Position numbers and translations under genes: made by a program. Positions 1-24,274 of a stretch of DNA of 64,000 bases are shown one piece after another. Source of the stretch: an uncultured Gemmatimonadales bacterium. Lineage in GTDB: Bacteria; Gemmatimonadota; Gemmatimonadetes; Longimicrobiales; Longimicrobiaceae. The notes beneath the pieces are model-generated. The model worked only from the letters and a program-made list of their open reading frames with translations. It searched no databases and was not told where the DNA came from. Numbering within the stretch: position 1 is the stretch's first letter; every line of letters begins with the position of its first letter. The stretch covers positions 7,968,001 through 8,032,000 of the forward strand of contig OY970303.1 in the NCBI GenBank assembly GCA_963716255.1, written 5' to 3'.

Positions 1-3
1 CTG

Positions 4-12941
<12,938 letters not shown>

Positions 12942-12945
12942 GCAG

Positions 12946-15105
12946 ATGAGCTGGACGCTCGACCCCGAATACGAGTCCACGCTGACCGGGGCGGAGATCG
13001 CCATCGTGGGGATGGCCGGCCGCTTCCCCGGCGCCGAGGACCTGGACGCGTTCTGGCGCAACCTGCTGGCCGGCGCCGACACGCTCTCCCGCTTCTCGCG
13101 CGGGGAGCTGGAGCGCGCCGGGATCCCGGCGGAGCTGATCGACGGCGGCTGGGTGCCCGCCGCCGGGGAGATCCCCCGCCCGGACCTGTTCGACGCCGCC
13201 TTCTTCGGCTTCACGGCGCGCGAGGCGGAGATCACCGACCCGCAGCACCGCATCCTCCTGGAGTGCTGCTGGGAGGCCATGGAGCACGCCGGCTACGACC
13301 CGGCCCGCGTCCCCGGGCCGGTGGGCGTCTTCGCCGGGTCCGGCGGGAGCCGCTACCTCAACGTCAACCTGGCCAGCAACCCCGAGCTGGTCGCGCTCGC
13401 CGGGCGGATGGAGGTCACCCTCGCCAACGAGATCGACTTCCTCACCACGCGCGTGTCGTACAAGATGGATCTGCGCGGCCCCAGCGTCCCGGTGAGCACC
13501 GCGTGCTCCACGGGGCTGGTGGCGACGCACTTCGCCTGCCGCTCGCTGCTGGCCGGCGAGTGCGACCTGGCGCTCGCCGGCGGCGTGTCCGTGGCCCACC
13601 CCACGGTGGGCTACCCGTACCAGGAGGGCGGGATCTCGTCGCCGGACGGGTGCTGCCGCTCGTTCGACGCGGAGGCTCGCGGCTCGGTGGCCAGCTCCGG
13701 CGCCGGGGTGGTGCTCCTGCGGCGGCTGGAGGACGCGCTCGCCGACGGCGACACCATCCACGCGGTGATCCGGGGCTCCGCCGTCAACAACGACGGGGCG
13801 GGAAAGATCGGCTTCACCGCGCCCGGGATCGACGGGCAGGCGCGGGTGATCGCCGACGCCCTCGCCATGGCCGAGGTGGAGCCGGCCACCGTGGGCTTCG
13901 TGGAGGGGCACGGCTCCGGGACGCCGCTCGGCGACCAGATCGAGATGACCGCGCTCCGGAAGGTGTTCGCGGACGGGGAGCGCGCGCCGGGGACGCTGGT
14001 GGTGGGGTCCGTGAAGAGCAACATCGGCCACTGCAACGCCGCGGCGGGCGCCGCAGGGCTGATCAAGGCCGCGCTGGCGGTCCGGCACGGCACGGTGCCG
14101 CCCACCGTCCACTTCCGCGGCAGCGACGAGCGGCTGGGGCTGGCCGCCACCCCGCTGTACGTCAGCGCCCGCGCCGAGCCGTGGAGGGTGGAGGGCCCCC
14201 GGCGCGCCGGGGTGTCGTCGTTCGGGCTGGGCGGCACCAACGCGCACGTGGTGCTGGAGGAGCCCCCCGCCCCCGCGCCCTCCGATTCCGCCGCGGAGTG
14301 GCAGCTGCTTGTGCTGAGCGCCCGCAGCGAGGCCGCGCTCGGCGCCGCACGCGACCGGCTGCGCGCGCACCTGGAGGCCCACCCGGAGCTGCCGCTGGCG
14401 GACGTGGCGTGGACGCTCCAGGCGGGGCGCGCGCAGTGGGAGCACCGCTTCGCCGCGGCGTGCCGCGACGCGGCCGGGGCCGCGCGCGCGCTTGCGGAGT
14501 GCGGCGCGGACGCCGCCGCCGGCATGGTCCGCGGCGACGCCGCGGAGCCGCGCCGCGCCCCGCTCCCCCCGCCGGAGGCGCGGGGCGAGGCGCTGCGCGC
14601 CGCGCTTGCCGCGCTGGGGCGCGAGTGGGCCGCGGGCGCCGCGGTGGACTGGGCCGCCCTGCACGGGGGCGGGCGCCGCCGGCGGGTGCCGCTCCCCACC
14701 TACCCCTTCGAGCGCGCGCGCTACTGGGTGGACGCCCGCGCCCCGCGCGCGGCCTCCGCGGAACGCCCCGCCGAGGCCGCCGTCCCGCGCCGCGCCCCGC
14801 GCCCCGCCGTCATGACCGACTACGTGGCGCCCGCCGGCGACCTGGAGCTCAAGGTGGCGGAGGTGTGGGAGGAGCTGCTGGGGATCGAGGGGATCGGCGC
14901 GTACGACGACTTCCTGGAGCTGGGCGGCCACTCGCTTCTGGGCATCCGCCTCCTCGGCCGGCTGCGCGAGCACTTCCAGATCGAGCTCGCGCCCGACGCC
15001 CTGTACACGGCGCCCACCGTCTCGGAGATGTCGGCGCTGATCGAGGCCGTGCTCCTGGCAGAGATCGAGGCGCTCGGCGACGACGAGCTGCTCGAGCTCA
15101 CCTGA
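12946..15105 (+). CDS. AT-less PKS module, KS-ACP
   Basis: KS triad TACSTGL / EGHGSGT / NIGHCN; KS-AT linker joined almost directly to the post-AT linker LPTYPFERARYW; ACP LGGHSL. Confidence 0.92.
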   Translation: MSWTLDPEYESTLTGAEIAIVGMAGRFPGAEDLDAFWRNLLAGADTLSRFSRGELERAGIPAELIDGGWVPAAGEIPRPDLFDAAFFGFTAREAEITDPQHRILLECCWEAMEHAGYDPARVPGPVGVFAGSGGSRYLNVNLASNPELVALAGRMEVTLANEIDFLTTRVSYKMDLRGPSVPVSTACSTGLVATHFACRSLLAGECDLALAGGVSVAHPTVGYPYQEGGISSPDGCCRSFDAEARGSVASSGAGVVLLRRLEDALADGDTIHAVIRGSAVNNDGAGKIGFTAPGIDGQARVIADALAMAEVEPATVGFVEGHGSGTPLGDQIEMTALRKVFADGERAPGTLVVGSVKSNIGHCNAAAGAAGLIKAALAVRHGTVPPTVHFRGSDERLGLAATPLYVSARAEPWRVEGPRRAGVSSFGLGGTNAHVVLEEPPAPAPSDSAAEWQLLVLSARSEAALGAARDRLRAHLEAHPELPLADVAWTLQAGRAQWEHRFAAACRDAAGAARALAECGADAAAGMVRGDAAEPRRAPLPPPEARGEALRAALAALGREWAAGAAVDWAALHGGGRRRRVPLPTYPFERARYWVDARAPRAASAERPAEAAVPRRAPRPAVMTDYVAPAGDLELKVAEVWEELLGIEGIGAYDDFLELGGHSLLGIRLLGRLREHFQIELAPDALYTAPTVSEMSALIEAVLLAEIEALGDDELLELT

Positions 15106-15270
15106 CGCGGCGCCGTCCCGGGCGGGGGCGGTCGACAGCGACGCCCCCATCCACGTAACTTGTACGCAGGCTCCCGCGCGCCGCGGCGCCCCGCGCGGCG
15201 GGGCGGCCGTACGGAAGCGGACAGCAACAGCAGGCCGGCCCGTCCCGGCCCACGATCCACCCCGAGAGCC

Positions 15271-18200
15271 ATGCCCGAGAACAACGCGGGAACGAGGGAG
15301 GCGGCGCTCGCCGCCGCGAGGCAGGCGCTCCTCCAGAAGCGCATCCAGGGCGGGAGCGCCGCCGCCGCGCCCCGGGGAATCCCCCGGCGGCCGGACCGCG
15401 GGCGCGCGCCGGCCTCGTTCGCGCAGCAGCGCCTGTGGTTCCTGGACCAGCTCGCCCCCGGGAACGCTTCGTACAACATCCCCGTCCCGGTGCGGATCGA
15501 GGGGCCGCTGGACCCCGCGGTGCTGGAGCGGGCCCTCCGCGAAGTGGTGCGGCGCCAGGAAGCGCTGCGCACCGTCTTCCACGCTGACGAGTCGGGCGCC
15601 CCCGTGCAGGTGATCTCCCCCGCGGCGGAATTCACGCTCGCGGTGAGCGGCCTGGACGCGGTGCCGGAGGAGGAGCGCGCCGCCGAGCTGCGGCGGCGCG
15701 TCCGCGAGGAGGCCGCGCGCCCGTTCGACCTGGCGGCAGGCCCCCTCTTCCGGGCCGAGTTCGTGCGCGTGGCCGCCGGCGAGCACCTGCTGCTGATGTC
15801 GGTGCACCACACCGTGGGCGACGGCTGGTCCACCCGCCTGCTGCTGCGGGAGATCGCCGCGCTGTACGGCGCCTTCGCGCGCGGGCTCCCCTCGCCGCTC
15901 CCCGGGCTGCGCGTGCAGTACGGCGACTTCGCCGTGTGGCAGCGGAACCGGCTGCAGGGCGCCGCCTTCGAAAGGGAGGTGGCGTACTGGACGGAAAAGC
16001 TGCGCGGCGTCCCGCCGCTCCTGGATCTCCCCGCCGACCACCCCCGCCCGGCCGTCCACGGCCACCGCAGCGGGCACCAGCCGCTGTCGGTCGGCCCGGA
16101 GGCCACGGACCGGCTGCGGGCGCTCGCGCGCGAGGAGGGGGCGACGATGTTCAACGTCGTGCTCGCCGCGCTCGCCGCGCACCTGGGGCGCTACGCCCGC
16201 CAGGACGACGTGGTCATAGGCGTCCCCGTGGACAACCGGGCCCTCCCCGAGCTGGAGGAGATCGTCGGCGTCTTCCTCAACACGCTCCCCATCCTCACCT
16301 CGCTGGCGGGGGACCCGCCGCTGCGCGAGCTGGTGCGCCGGGCCCGCGCGGAAACGGCCGGGGCGCTGGCCCACCAGGACGTGCAGTTCGAGAAGCTGGT
16401 GGACGAGCTGAAGATCGAGCGGGACCTGAGCTACCCGCCCGTCTTCCAGGTGATGCTCACCTTCGCCGAGGGCGGCGGACCGGGCGGCGCCGCGCCGGGC
16501 ACCGAAGGGGCGGGGGACGGGGTCGTGTTCGTCCCCATGAGCGGCGACCCGGGGACCGTGTCGTTCGACCTGGTGCTGGCGGCGGGCGCCGGCCCCGGCG
16601 GGATCCGCGGCGGGTGGACGTACAGCGCCGAGCTGTTCGAGCCCGCCGCCATGGAGCGCATGGCCCGCGAGTTCGAGCGGATGCTGGAGCGCGCCGCGGC
16701 CGCCCCCGACCTCCCCCTGTCCGGGCTGTCGGGGCTCGACGGCGCGGAGCGGGACGCGGTGCTGGTGGAGTGGAACCGCACGGAGCGCGCGCTCCCGGCC
16801 GACGGCGGGCTGCACGGCATGTTCGAGGCGGCCGCGAGGCGCACGCCCCACGCCGCGGCGCTGGTGGGGGACGGCGGGCGCTGGACGTTCGCGGAGCTGG
16901 ACCGGCGCGCCGGCCGCCTCGCCGCCGCGCTGCGGGCGCGCGGCGTGGGGCCGGAGGCGCGTGTGGCGGTGTGCACCGGGCGCGGCATGGAGATGGTGGC
17001 CGCGATCCTCGCCGTCCTCAAGGCCGGCGGCGCCTACGTCCCCGTGGACCCCGCGTACCCGCAGGGGCGCATCTCCCACCTGCTGGCGGACTCCGGCGCC
17101 CGCCTGCTGCTCACCGACGCGGCCACGCAGGGCGCCCTGCCGCCCTTCGCGGGCGACGTGCTCCTGCTGGACGCCCCCCCGGCGGCCGGCGGCGAGCCCA
17201 TCGGCGGGACCCTCCTGGACCCCGGGTGCGCCGCGTACGTGATCTACACCTCCGGCTCCACGGGGACCCCCAAGGGCGTGGTGGTCCCGCACCGGGCCGC
17301 CTGCAACACCATCGCCGTCGCCGTGGAGCTGCTGGGCGTGCGGCCCGGCACCCGCGTCGCGCTCACCGCCTCCATCGGCTTCGACGCCGCGGTCCTGGAG
17401 CTGTTCCTCCCGCTGGCGGCCGGCGGCGAGCTGCACCTGGTGGACCGGGACACGGTGCGCTCCTCCGACGAGCTGGGCGCGCTCCTCCGCGAGCGCGAGA
17501 TCGAGGTGTGGGTCACCACCCCCCCGCTGCTGGAGTCGGCCGGCGACGCGCCGCTCCCCGCGCTGCGCGCGCTGGGCGTCGGCGGCGACCGGATCCCGGG
17601 CGCGACGGCGAAGCGCTGGTCGGAGGGGCGGCGGATGTACAACCTGTACGGCCCCACCGAGACCGCGGTGTTCTCCACGGCGCACGCGGTCGCGCCGGGA
17701 GCGGCGGAGTCGCCGCCCATCGGCCGCCCCGTCGGCAACACCCGCGTGTACGTGCTGGACGGAGCGATGAGCCCGGTCGTCCCCGGCATCCCCGGGGAGC
17801 TGTTCGTGGGCGGGCGGGGCGTGGCGCGCGGCTACCTGGGCCGCCCCGAGCTGACGGCCGAGAAGTTCGTCCCCGACCCCTTCTCCGGCGAGCCGGGCGC
17901 GCGGCTCTACCGCACGGGAGACCTGGCCCGGCTGCGGGTGGACGGCGAGCTGGAGTTCCGCGGCCGTGCCGACGCGCAGGTCAAGGTGCGCGGCTTCCGT
18001 ATCGAGCCCGGCGAGGTGGAGGCCGCCCTGCTGGCGCTCGGCGGCTTCCGCGAGGCGGTGGTGGTGGCGCGCGACGACGCGCCCGGCGGCCCGGGGCTGG
18101 TGGCCTACCTGGTGCCGGATGACGCCGGCGCGCCGCCGCGCGACCCGCGGCAGGCGCTCCGCGAGCGCCTGCCGGAGCACATGGTGCCGTCGGTCGTCGT

Positions 18201-18636
18201 CCTCGTGGAATCCATCCCGCGCACTCCCGGCGGCAAGACCGACCGCCGCGCCCTCCCGGCGCCCGGCGCCGCCGCCGCCGAGCACGAGTACGTGGCGCCC
18301 CGCGGCGCCCTGGAAACGCTGCTCGCCGCGGTGTGGGCGGAGGTGCTGGGCCGGGAGCGCGTGGGGATCCGGGACGACTTCTTCGACCTGGGCGGGCACT
18401 CGCTGCTCGCCACGCAGGTGAGCACGCGCCTGGGGGGATCCAGGATCGCGGTCCCCGTGCGGATGCTCTTCCAGCACCCCACGGTGGAGGAGCTGGCGCG
18501 CGCCCTCGCCGACGCCGACCCGCGCCCCGGCCAGACGGAAAAGGTGGCCGCGCTGGTGCTCCGGGTGCGGTCGCTCTCCCCGGAGGCGCGCCGGGACCTC
18601 CTGGAGGGAAAGCGGCCCACGGGGGTGCAGGGATGA
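15271..18636 (+). CDS. NRPS, C-A-PCP
   Basis: [42 protein letters not shown] at 15271 chosen as start. Confidence 0.92.
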   Translation: MPENNAGTREAALAAARQALLQKRIQGGSAAAAPRGIPRRPDRGRAPASFAQQRLWFLDQLAPGNASYNIPVPVRIEGPLDPAVLERALREVVRRQEALRTVFHADESGAPVQVISPAAEFTLAVSGLDAVPEEERAAELRRRVREEAARPFDLAAGPLFRAEFVRVAAGEHLLLMSVHHTVGDGWSTRLLLREIAALYGAFARGLPSPLPGLRVQYGDFAVWQRNRLQGAAFEREVAYWTEKLRGVPPLLDLPADHPRPAVHGHRSGHQPLSVGPEATDRLRALAREEGATMFNVVLAALAAHLGRYARQDDVVIGVPVDNRALPELEEIVGVFLNTLPILTSLAGDPPLRELVRRARAETAGALAHQDVQFEKLVDELKIERDLSYPPVFQVMLTFAEGGGPGGAAPGTEGAGDGVVFVPMSGDPGTVSFDLVLAAGAGPGGIRGGWTYSAELFEPAAMERMAREFERMLERAAAAPDLPLSGLSGLDGAERDAVLVEWNRTERALPADGGLHGMFEAAARRTPHAAALVGDGGRWTFAELDRRAGRLAAALRARGVGPEARVAVCTGRGMEMVAAILAVLKAGGAYVPVDPAYPQGRISHLLADSGARLLLTDAATQGALPPFAGDVLLLDAPPAAGGEPIGGTLLDPGCAAYVIYTSGSTGTPKGVVVPHRAACNTIAVAVELLGVRPGTRVALTASIGFDAAVLELFLPLAAGGELHLVDRDTVRSSDELGALLREREIEVWVTTPPLLESAGDAPLPALRALGVGGDRIPGATAKRWSEGRRMYNLYGPTETAVFSTAHAVAPGAAESPPIGRPVGNTRVYVLDGAMSPVVPGIPGELFVGGRGVARGYLGRPELTAEKFVPDPFSGEPGARLYRTGDLARLRVDGELEFRGRADAQVKVRGFRIEPGEVEAALLALGGFREAVVVARDDAPGGPGLVAYLVPDDAGAPPRDPRQALRERLPEHMVPSVVVLVESIPRTPGGKTDRRALPAPGAAAAEHEYVAPRGALETLLAAVWAEVLGRERVGIRDDFFDLGGHSLLATQVSTRLGGSRIAVPVRMLFQHPTVEELARALADADPRPGQTEKVAALVLRVRSLSPEARRDLLEGKRPTGVQG

Positions 18637-20585
18637 GCGGGGCGGACGCCCGGGCGCCCCACCGCCCGGCGGCCCCCGGCCCCGCCGCCGCCGTGCCCGA
18701 GTGGAACCGCACCGCCGCGGACTACCCGCGCGGCCTGTGCCTGCACCAGCTCTTCGAGGCGCAGGCCGCCCGCACCCCCGGGCACACCGCCGTGGAAGCC
18801 GACGACGGCCGGCTCGACTACGCCGGGCTGGACCGCCGCGCCGCCGCGCTGGCCGCCGCCCTCCGCGCCCGCGGCGTGGGCCCCGAGACCCGCGTGGGGA
18901 TCTTCGTCGAGCGCTCCGTGGAGATGCTGGTCGCGCTGCTCGGCGTGCTCAAGGCAGGCGGCGCCTACCTCCCCCTGGACCCCGCGTACCCCGCCGACCG
19001 CATCGCCTACATCCTGGAGGACTCCGGCGCCCGGCTGGTCCTGGTCCAGGAGGCGACGTGGGAACTGCTCCCGGCGGTGGACGGGGTGGAGGTGCTCGCG
19101 CTCGACGCCCCCCTCCCCACGGACTCCGGGGACGCGCCGCTTTCGCACTCGCCGTCCCCCGAGAACCTGGCCTACGTCATCTACACCTCCGGCTCCACCG
19201 GCAGGCCCAAGGGCGTCCAGCTCCCGCACCGCGCCGTCGTCAACTTCCTGCACACCATGCGGGAGCGGCCGGGGCTGAGCGGGGACGACGTCCTGCTGGC
19301 CGTGACCACGCTGTCGTTCGACATCGCGGGGCTGGAGCTGTTCCTGCCGCTCACGGTGGGGGCCACGGTGGTGGTCGCCGGGCGGGAGACCGCCGCGGAC
19401 GCCCGGCTGCTGGCGGAGCGCATCGCCTCGTGCGGCGCCACCGTGGTGCAGGCGACGCCGGCCACCTGGCGCATGCTGCTGGCGGCGGGGTGGGGGGGGC
19501 GGCCGGCGCTGCGCGCCATGTGTGGCGGCGAGGCGCTGGACGGCGAGCTGGCGAGGCGGCTGCGGCCGCTGGTGGCCGAGCTGTGGAACCTGTACGGGCC
19601 CACCGAGACCACCATCTGGTCCACCGCGCAGCGGGTGGAGTCGCCGGACGGGCCGCCGCCCATCGGCCGGCCCATCGGCAACACGCGCGTGTACGTGCTG
19701 GACGAGGCGCTGGACCCGGTCGCCCTGGGCGTGGAGGGCGAGCTGTGCATCGCCGGCGACGGGGTGGCGCGCGGCTACCTGCACCGCCCCGAGCTGACCG
19801 CCGAGCGCTTCGTCCCCGAGCCGGGCGGGGGCGGCGCCACCATGTACCGCACCGGCGACCTGGTGCGCATCGGCGAGCGCGGCGAGATCCGCTACCTGGG
19901 CCGCATGGACCACCAGGTCAAGGTGCGCGGCTTCCGCATCGAGCTGGGGGAGATCGAGGCCGCACTCGCCCGGCACCCCGCCGTGCGGCAGGCCGTGGTC
20001 GCGGCGCGCGAGGACGGCTCGGGCGAGCGCGCGCTGGTGGCCTACCTGGTCGCCGGGGAGGGCGCGCTCCCCCCGGTGGGCGAGCTGCGCGCCGCGCTCG
20101 CCGAGGCGCTCCCCGAGTACATGGTCCCCGGCGCCTTCGTGGAGCTGCGGTCGTTCCCGCTGACCCCCAACGGCAAGGTGGACCGCCGCGCGCTCCCCGC
20201 CCCGGGCCGGGCCGAGCGCCTGCGCGGCGCCGCCGCGTACGCGCCCCCGCGCACCGCGCTGGAGGAGGTGCTGTGCGCCACCTGGGCGGAGGTGCTGGAC
20301 GTGGAGCGCGTCGGCGTCCGCGACGACGTCCTGGACCTGGGCGCGCACTCCGTCATGGCCACGCAGGTCATCGCCCGCCTGGAGCTGCTCAGGGTCCCCC
20401 TGTCGCTCCGCGACGTGTTCGACGCGCCCACCGTGGAGGGGCTGGCCGCGGCGATCCTCGCCCGCGAGGAGGTCCCCGGACGGACCGAGATGATCGCCGG
20501 GATCCTGAAGAAGGTGAAGGGGATGTCCGCCCAGGAGCGCGGCGCCGCGCTGCGCACCCGGCAGGGCGCGGGGGGGGCGCCGTGA
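18633..20585 (+). CDS. Stand-alone A-PCP didomain, likely glycine-activating
   Basis: ATGA overlap with the upstream gene; no C domain; hand-read code DILQMGLIWK is close to the established Gly code DILQLGLIWK; PCP LGAHSV. Confidence 0.88.
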   Translation: MSGADARAPHRPAAPGPAAAVPEWNRTAADYPRGLCLHQLFEAQAARTPGHTAVEADDGRLDYAGLDRRAAALAAALRARGVGPETRVGIFVERSVEMLVALLGVLKAGGAYLPLDPAYPADRIAYILEDSGARLVLVQEATWELLPAVDGVEVLALDAPLPTDSGDAPLSHSPSPENLAYVIYTSGSTGRPKGVQLPHRAVVNFLHTMRERPGLSGDDVLLAVTTLSFDIAGLELFLPLTVGATVVVAGRETAADARLLAERIASCGATVVQATPATWRMLLAAGWGGRPALRAMCGGEALDGELARRLRPLVAELWNLYGPTETTIWSTAQRVESPDGPPPIGRPIGNTRVYVLDEALDPVALGVEGELCIAGDGVARGYLHRPELTAERFVPEPGGGGATMYRTGDLVRIGERGEIRYLGRMDHQVKVRGFRIELGEIEAALARHPAVRQAVVAAREDGSGERALVAYLVAGEGALPPVGELRAALAEALPEYMVPGAFVELRSFPLTPNGKVDRRALPAPGRAERLRGAAAYAPPRTALEEVLCATWAEVLDVERVGVRDDVLDLGAHSVMATQVIARLELLRVPLSLRDVFDAPTVEGLAAAILAREEVPGRTEMIAGILKKVKGMSAQERGAALRTRQGAGGAP

Positions 20586-23500
20586 GCGCCGGGCCCACCG
20601 GCGGGGGGCTTTCCGCGGAGGAGCTGGAGCTTCTCGCCCTGCTCCTGGACGAGGCGGGGATCGAGTCCGGGGAGGCCGAGCGGATCCCGCCGCGCCGCCC
20701 CGGCCGGCGCGTCCCGCTCACCTTCGCGCAGCGCCGCCTCTGGTTCCTGGACCAGCTGGAGCCCGGAAACCGCATCTACAACGAGGTGCTGGGGCTGCGC
20801 CTTTCCGGCGACCTGGACGCGGCCGCGCTGGAAGCGGCCGTCAACGCGATCGTGCAGCGCCACGAGGCGCTCCGCACCCGCTTCGTGGAGCAGGACGGCG
20901 AGCCGGTGCAGGTGGTGCTCCCGGAGGCGCGCGTCGCCGCCGAGGTGCGCGACCTCGCGGGCCTCCCCGCGGAGGAGCGCATGGCGGAGGTGCGCCGCAT
21001 GGCGGACGCCGCCGCGCACCAGCCCTTCGACCTGGCGCGGGCGCCGCTCATCCGCCTGCTCCTGCTGCGCCTGGAGCCGGGCGAGCACGCGCTGGTGATG
21101 TCCACCCACCACATCGTCAGCGACGGGTGGTCGCAGGGCATCTTCTCGCGCGAGCTGGGGACGCTGTACGAGGCGTTCCGCGCCGGGCGCCCCTCGCCGC
21201 TCCCGCCGCTCACGATCCAGTACGGCGACTTCGCCGTGTGGCAGGAGGAGCACCTGGCCGGCGGCGCCCTGGAGCGCCAGGTCGCGTACTGGAAGGAGCG
21301 ACTGCGCGGCGCGCCCGCGCTGCTGGAGCTCCCCACCGACCGCCCGCGCCCCGCCGAGCAGACCTACCGGGGCTCCGGCTACGAGTTCCACCTCCCCGCC
21401 GACGTGTCGGCGCGGCTCCAGGCGCTGGCCCAGCGCGAGGGCGCCACCCTGTTCATGGTGCTGCTGGCCGCGCTGGGCACCCTGCTCGCCCGCTACACCG
21501 GCGAGGAGGACGTGGTCGTGGGCTCGCCCATCGCCAGCCGCACCCGGCCGGAGCTGGAGGAGCTGATCGGCCTGTTCGCGAACACCCTCCCCATCCGCGT
21601 GGAGCTGGAGGGCGAGCCCACCTTCCGGGAGCTGCTTGCGCGGGTGCGCGAGGCGGTGTTCGAGGACTACGCCAACCAGGACCTCCCCTTCGAGCGGCTG
21701 GTGGAGGAGCTGCGCATCGAGCGCAGCCTCAGCTACAACCCGCTCTACCAGGTGATGCTGGTCCTGCAGAACACGCCGCGCGGCGGGACGGGGCTCACCG
21801 GGCTGGCCATGCGCCCGCTGGAGACCACCCACGACACCGCGAAGCTGGACCTGTCCGCGTGGATGATGGAGACGGGGCAGGGGATCTTCGGGGTGTGGGA
21901 GTTCAGCACCGAGCTCTTCGACCGGGAGACCGTGGCGCGGCTCACCGGCCACTGGATCACGCTGCTCCGCGCGGTGGCGGAGGCGCCGGACCGCCGCGTC
22001 GCCGAGCTGCCGCTGATCGCGCCCGAGGAGCGGACACGCGTCCTGTACACGTGGAACGAGTCGGTGGAGGACGTGTTCGCCGCCGTCCCGGTGCACGAGC
22101 AGTTCGCGGCCCAGGCCGCGCACACCCCCGGCGCGGTGGCCGTGTCCTCCCGCGGCGAAACCCTCACCTACGGCGAGCTGGCCCGCCGAGCCGGCCGCCT
22201 GGCGAGCTTCCTCCGGGCGCGCGGGGTGGGGCCGGAGTCGCGGGTGGGGGTGTGCGTGGAGCGCTCCCCGGAGATGATCGTCGCGCTGCTGGGGGTGCTG
22301 GGGGCGGGCGGCGCCTACGTGCCGCTGGACCCGCAGCTGCCCCGCGAGCGGCTGGCGTTCCTGGTGGAGGACGCGGGGATCGCGGTGCTCCTCACCCAGG
22401 AGCGGCTCTTCGCCGGCCTCCCCGGGAGCGCCGCCGCCGACGTGGTCTTCCTGGACGCGGACCGGGAGCGCATCGACGCGGCGCCGGACGCGGCCCCGGA
22501 GAGCGGCGTCCACCCCGAAAACGCGGCGTACGTGATCTACACCTCGGGCTCCACCGGCCGCCCCAAGGGCGTGGTGGTGCCGCACCGGGCGCTCGCCGGC
22601 TACACCGGCACCGCCCGCGAGGCGTACGGCATAGGGCCGGACGACGCGGTGCTCCAGTTCGCCTCCGTCAGCTTCGACGCGAGCGCCGAGGAGATCTTTC
22701 CCACGCTGGTCGCCGGGGCGCGGCTCGTCCTGCGCACCGAGGAGATGCTGGACTCGCCCGGGGCGTTCCTGGGTGCGTGCCGCGAGTGGGGGATCACCGT
22801 GCTGAACCTGCCCACCGCCTACTGGCACGAGCTGGCGGCCGGGGCGGCCGGCGGCGGCGCAGGCCTGCCCCCGTCGCTGCGGCTGGTGATCATCGGCGGG
22901 GAGCGGGCGCTCCCCGAGCGCCTGCGCGACTGGCGCGGCGCCTTCGGCGACGGCGCGCGGCTGGTGAACACCTACGGCCCCACGGAGGCCACCATCGTCG
23001 CCACCATGGCCGACCTCCCCGCTCGCGGAGGCGGAGAGGGCGCGGCGAGGGCGCCCCGCCACGTCCCCATCGGGCGCCCCGTCCGCGGCACCCGCGCGTA
23101 CGTGCTGGACCCGCGCGGCGAGGCGGTCCCCATCGGCGTTCCCGGCGAGCTGTACCTGGGCGGCGGCGGCGTGGCCCGCGGCTACCTGGACCGCCCCGCC
23201 CTCACCGCCGAGCGCTTCCTCCCGGACCCCTTCGGCCCGGAGCCGGGGGCGCGCGTGTACCGCACCGGGGACCGCGTGCGCTTCCTGGCGGACGGCACGC
23301 TGGAGTTCGTGGGCCGGGTGGACCAGCAGGTGAAGATCCGCGGCTTCCGGGTGGAGCCGGGCGAGATCGAGGCGGCGCTCGCCGCGCGCCCCGGCGTCGC
23401 CGGGGCGGTGGTCGCGGCCCGCGAGGACGCGCCGGGGAGCGTGCGGCTGGTGGCGTACCTGGTGGCCGAGCCGGGCGCGGAGCTGTCCGTGCCGGAGCTG

Positions 23501-23989
23501 CGCGCGGCGCTCCGGGCGGAGCTCCCCGGCTACATGGTCCCGGCGGCGTTCGTGGTGCTGGACGCCTTTCCGCTCACCCGCAGCGGCAAGACGGACCGCC
23601 GCGCCCTCCCCGCCCCCGGCGCCGCCCGCGCCCCGGAGGAGTCCGCCGCCCACGCGGCCCCGCGGAGCGACGTGGAGCGCGCCATCGCGGCGGCGTGGCA
23701 GGAGGTGCTGGGCGTGGACACGGTGGGGCTGGACGACAACTTCTTCGACCTGGGCGGCCACTCGCTCCTGCTGGCGCGCCTCCGCAGCCGCCTCGCCGGC
23801 CGCTTTCCCGGCGAGGTGTCGGTGGTGGTCCTCTTCCGCTACCCCACGGTGCGCTCGCTCGCCGAGCACCTGGCGCGCGGCGACGCCGCGGCGGAAGCCG
23901 CGCCCCCGCAGCGGAGCGAGGAGGAGGTCGAGAGCCGCCGCGCCGCCATGCGCCGCCGCCGCGACCTCAAGAAGGAGCTGGACGGTTGA
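20582..23989 (+). CDS. NRPS, C-A-PCP
   Basis: GTGA overlap; [10 protein letters not shown]3 motif; hand-read code DAENIGTIVK, similar to the first NRPS; LGGHSL. Confidence 0.92.
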   Translation: MSAGPTGGGLSAEELELLALLLDEAGIESGEAERIPPRRPGRRVPLTFAQRRLWFLDQLEPGNRIYNEVLGLRLSGDLDAAALEAAVNAIVQRHEALRTRFVEQDGEPVQVVLPEARVAAEVRDLAGLPAEERMAEVRRMADAAAHQPFDLARAPLIRLLLLRLEPGEHALVMSTHHIVSDGWSQGIFSRELGTLYEAFRAGRPSPLPPLTIQYGDFAVWQEEHLAGGALERQVAYWKERLRGAPALLELPTDRPRPAEQTYRGSGYEFHLPADVSARLQALAQREGATLFMVLLAALGTLLARYTGEEDVVVGSPIASRTRPELEELIGLFANTLPIRVELEGEPTFRELLARVREAVFEDYANQDLPFERLVEELRIERSLSYNPLYQVMLVLQNTPRGGTGLTGLAMRPLETTHDTAKLDLSAWMMETGQGIFGVWEFSTELFDRETVARLTGHWITLLRAVAEAPDRRVAELPLIAPEERTRVLYTWNESVEDVFAAVPVHEQFAAQAAHTPGAVAVSSRGETLTYGELARRAGRLASFLRARGVGPESRVGVCVERSPEMIVALLGVLGAGGAYVPLDPQLPRERLAFLVEDAGIAVLLTQERLFAGLPGSAAADVVFLDADRERIDAAPDAAPESGVHPENAAYVIYTSGSTGRPKGVVVPHRALAGYTGTAREAYGIGPDDAVLQFASVSFDASAEEIFPTLVAGARLVLRTEEMLDSPGAFLGACREWGITVLNLPTAYWHELAAGAAGGGAGLPPSLRLVIIGGERALPERLRDWRGAFGDGARLVNTYGPTEATIVATMADLPARGGGEGAARAPRHVPIGRPVRGTRAYVLDPRGEAVPIGVPGELYLGGGGVARGYLDRPALTAERFLPDPFGPEPGARVYRTGDRVRFLADGTLEFVGRVDQQVKIRGFRVEPGEIEAALAARPGVAGAVVAAREDAPGSVRLVAYLVAEPGAELSVPELRAALRAELPGYMVPAAFVVLDAFPLTRSGKTDRRALPAPGAARAPEESAAHAAPRSDVERAIAAAWQEVLGVDTVGLDDNFFDLGGHSLLLARLRSRLAGRFPGEVSVVVLFRYPTVRSLAEHLARGDAAAEAAPPQRSEEEVESRRAAMRRRRDLKKELDG

Positions 23990-23994
23990 GGCGC

Positions 23995-24050
23995 GGCCCT
24001 CACCCGGCGGCCTCAGAGCCGCCACCCTCTCCCAATTCTGGGAGAGGGGG
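23995..24050 (-). repeat. Diverged copy of palindromic repeat C
   Basis: ggccctcacccggc...gccaccctctcccaattctgggagaggg resembles 29965-30025 and keeps the hairpins. Confidence 0.7.
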
Positions 24051-24083
24051 CAACTCCTGGATCTTGAGTACGGGCAGGCGGTT

Positions 24084-24224
24084 GCGTGAGGGATTCCGGC
24101 CCGGAGGGGCGAGACCCGGCGGGGCTGTTTCCGCCGGGGCTCGACTCCGTTGGCGAGCGTGGTTTGCTCGCTTACGGAGCCGAAGCCCGACCCCGGCGCC
24201 AGCCGGGGGCACGCCCCAACCTGC
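24084..24224 (+). repeat. Structured ~140-nt repeat A, copy 1
   Basis: gcgtgagggat...gagacccggc...ctccgt...acggagccgaagcccgaccccggc...gccgggggcacgccc, shared with three other full copies. Confidence 0.9.
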
Positions 24225-24274
24225 AGTTATCAGCAGCCGTTCAAAGCAGTTTTCAACCGGATCCCAGTGAGACG

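Noticed and set aside
24084..24224. Repeat A as a tRNA or CRISPR repeat
   Set aside because: Too long, no T-loop or CCA signature, dispersed rather than arrayed, and no cas genes.
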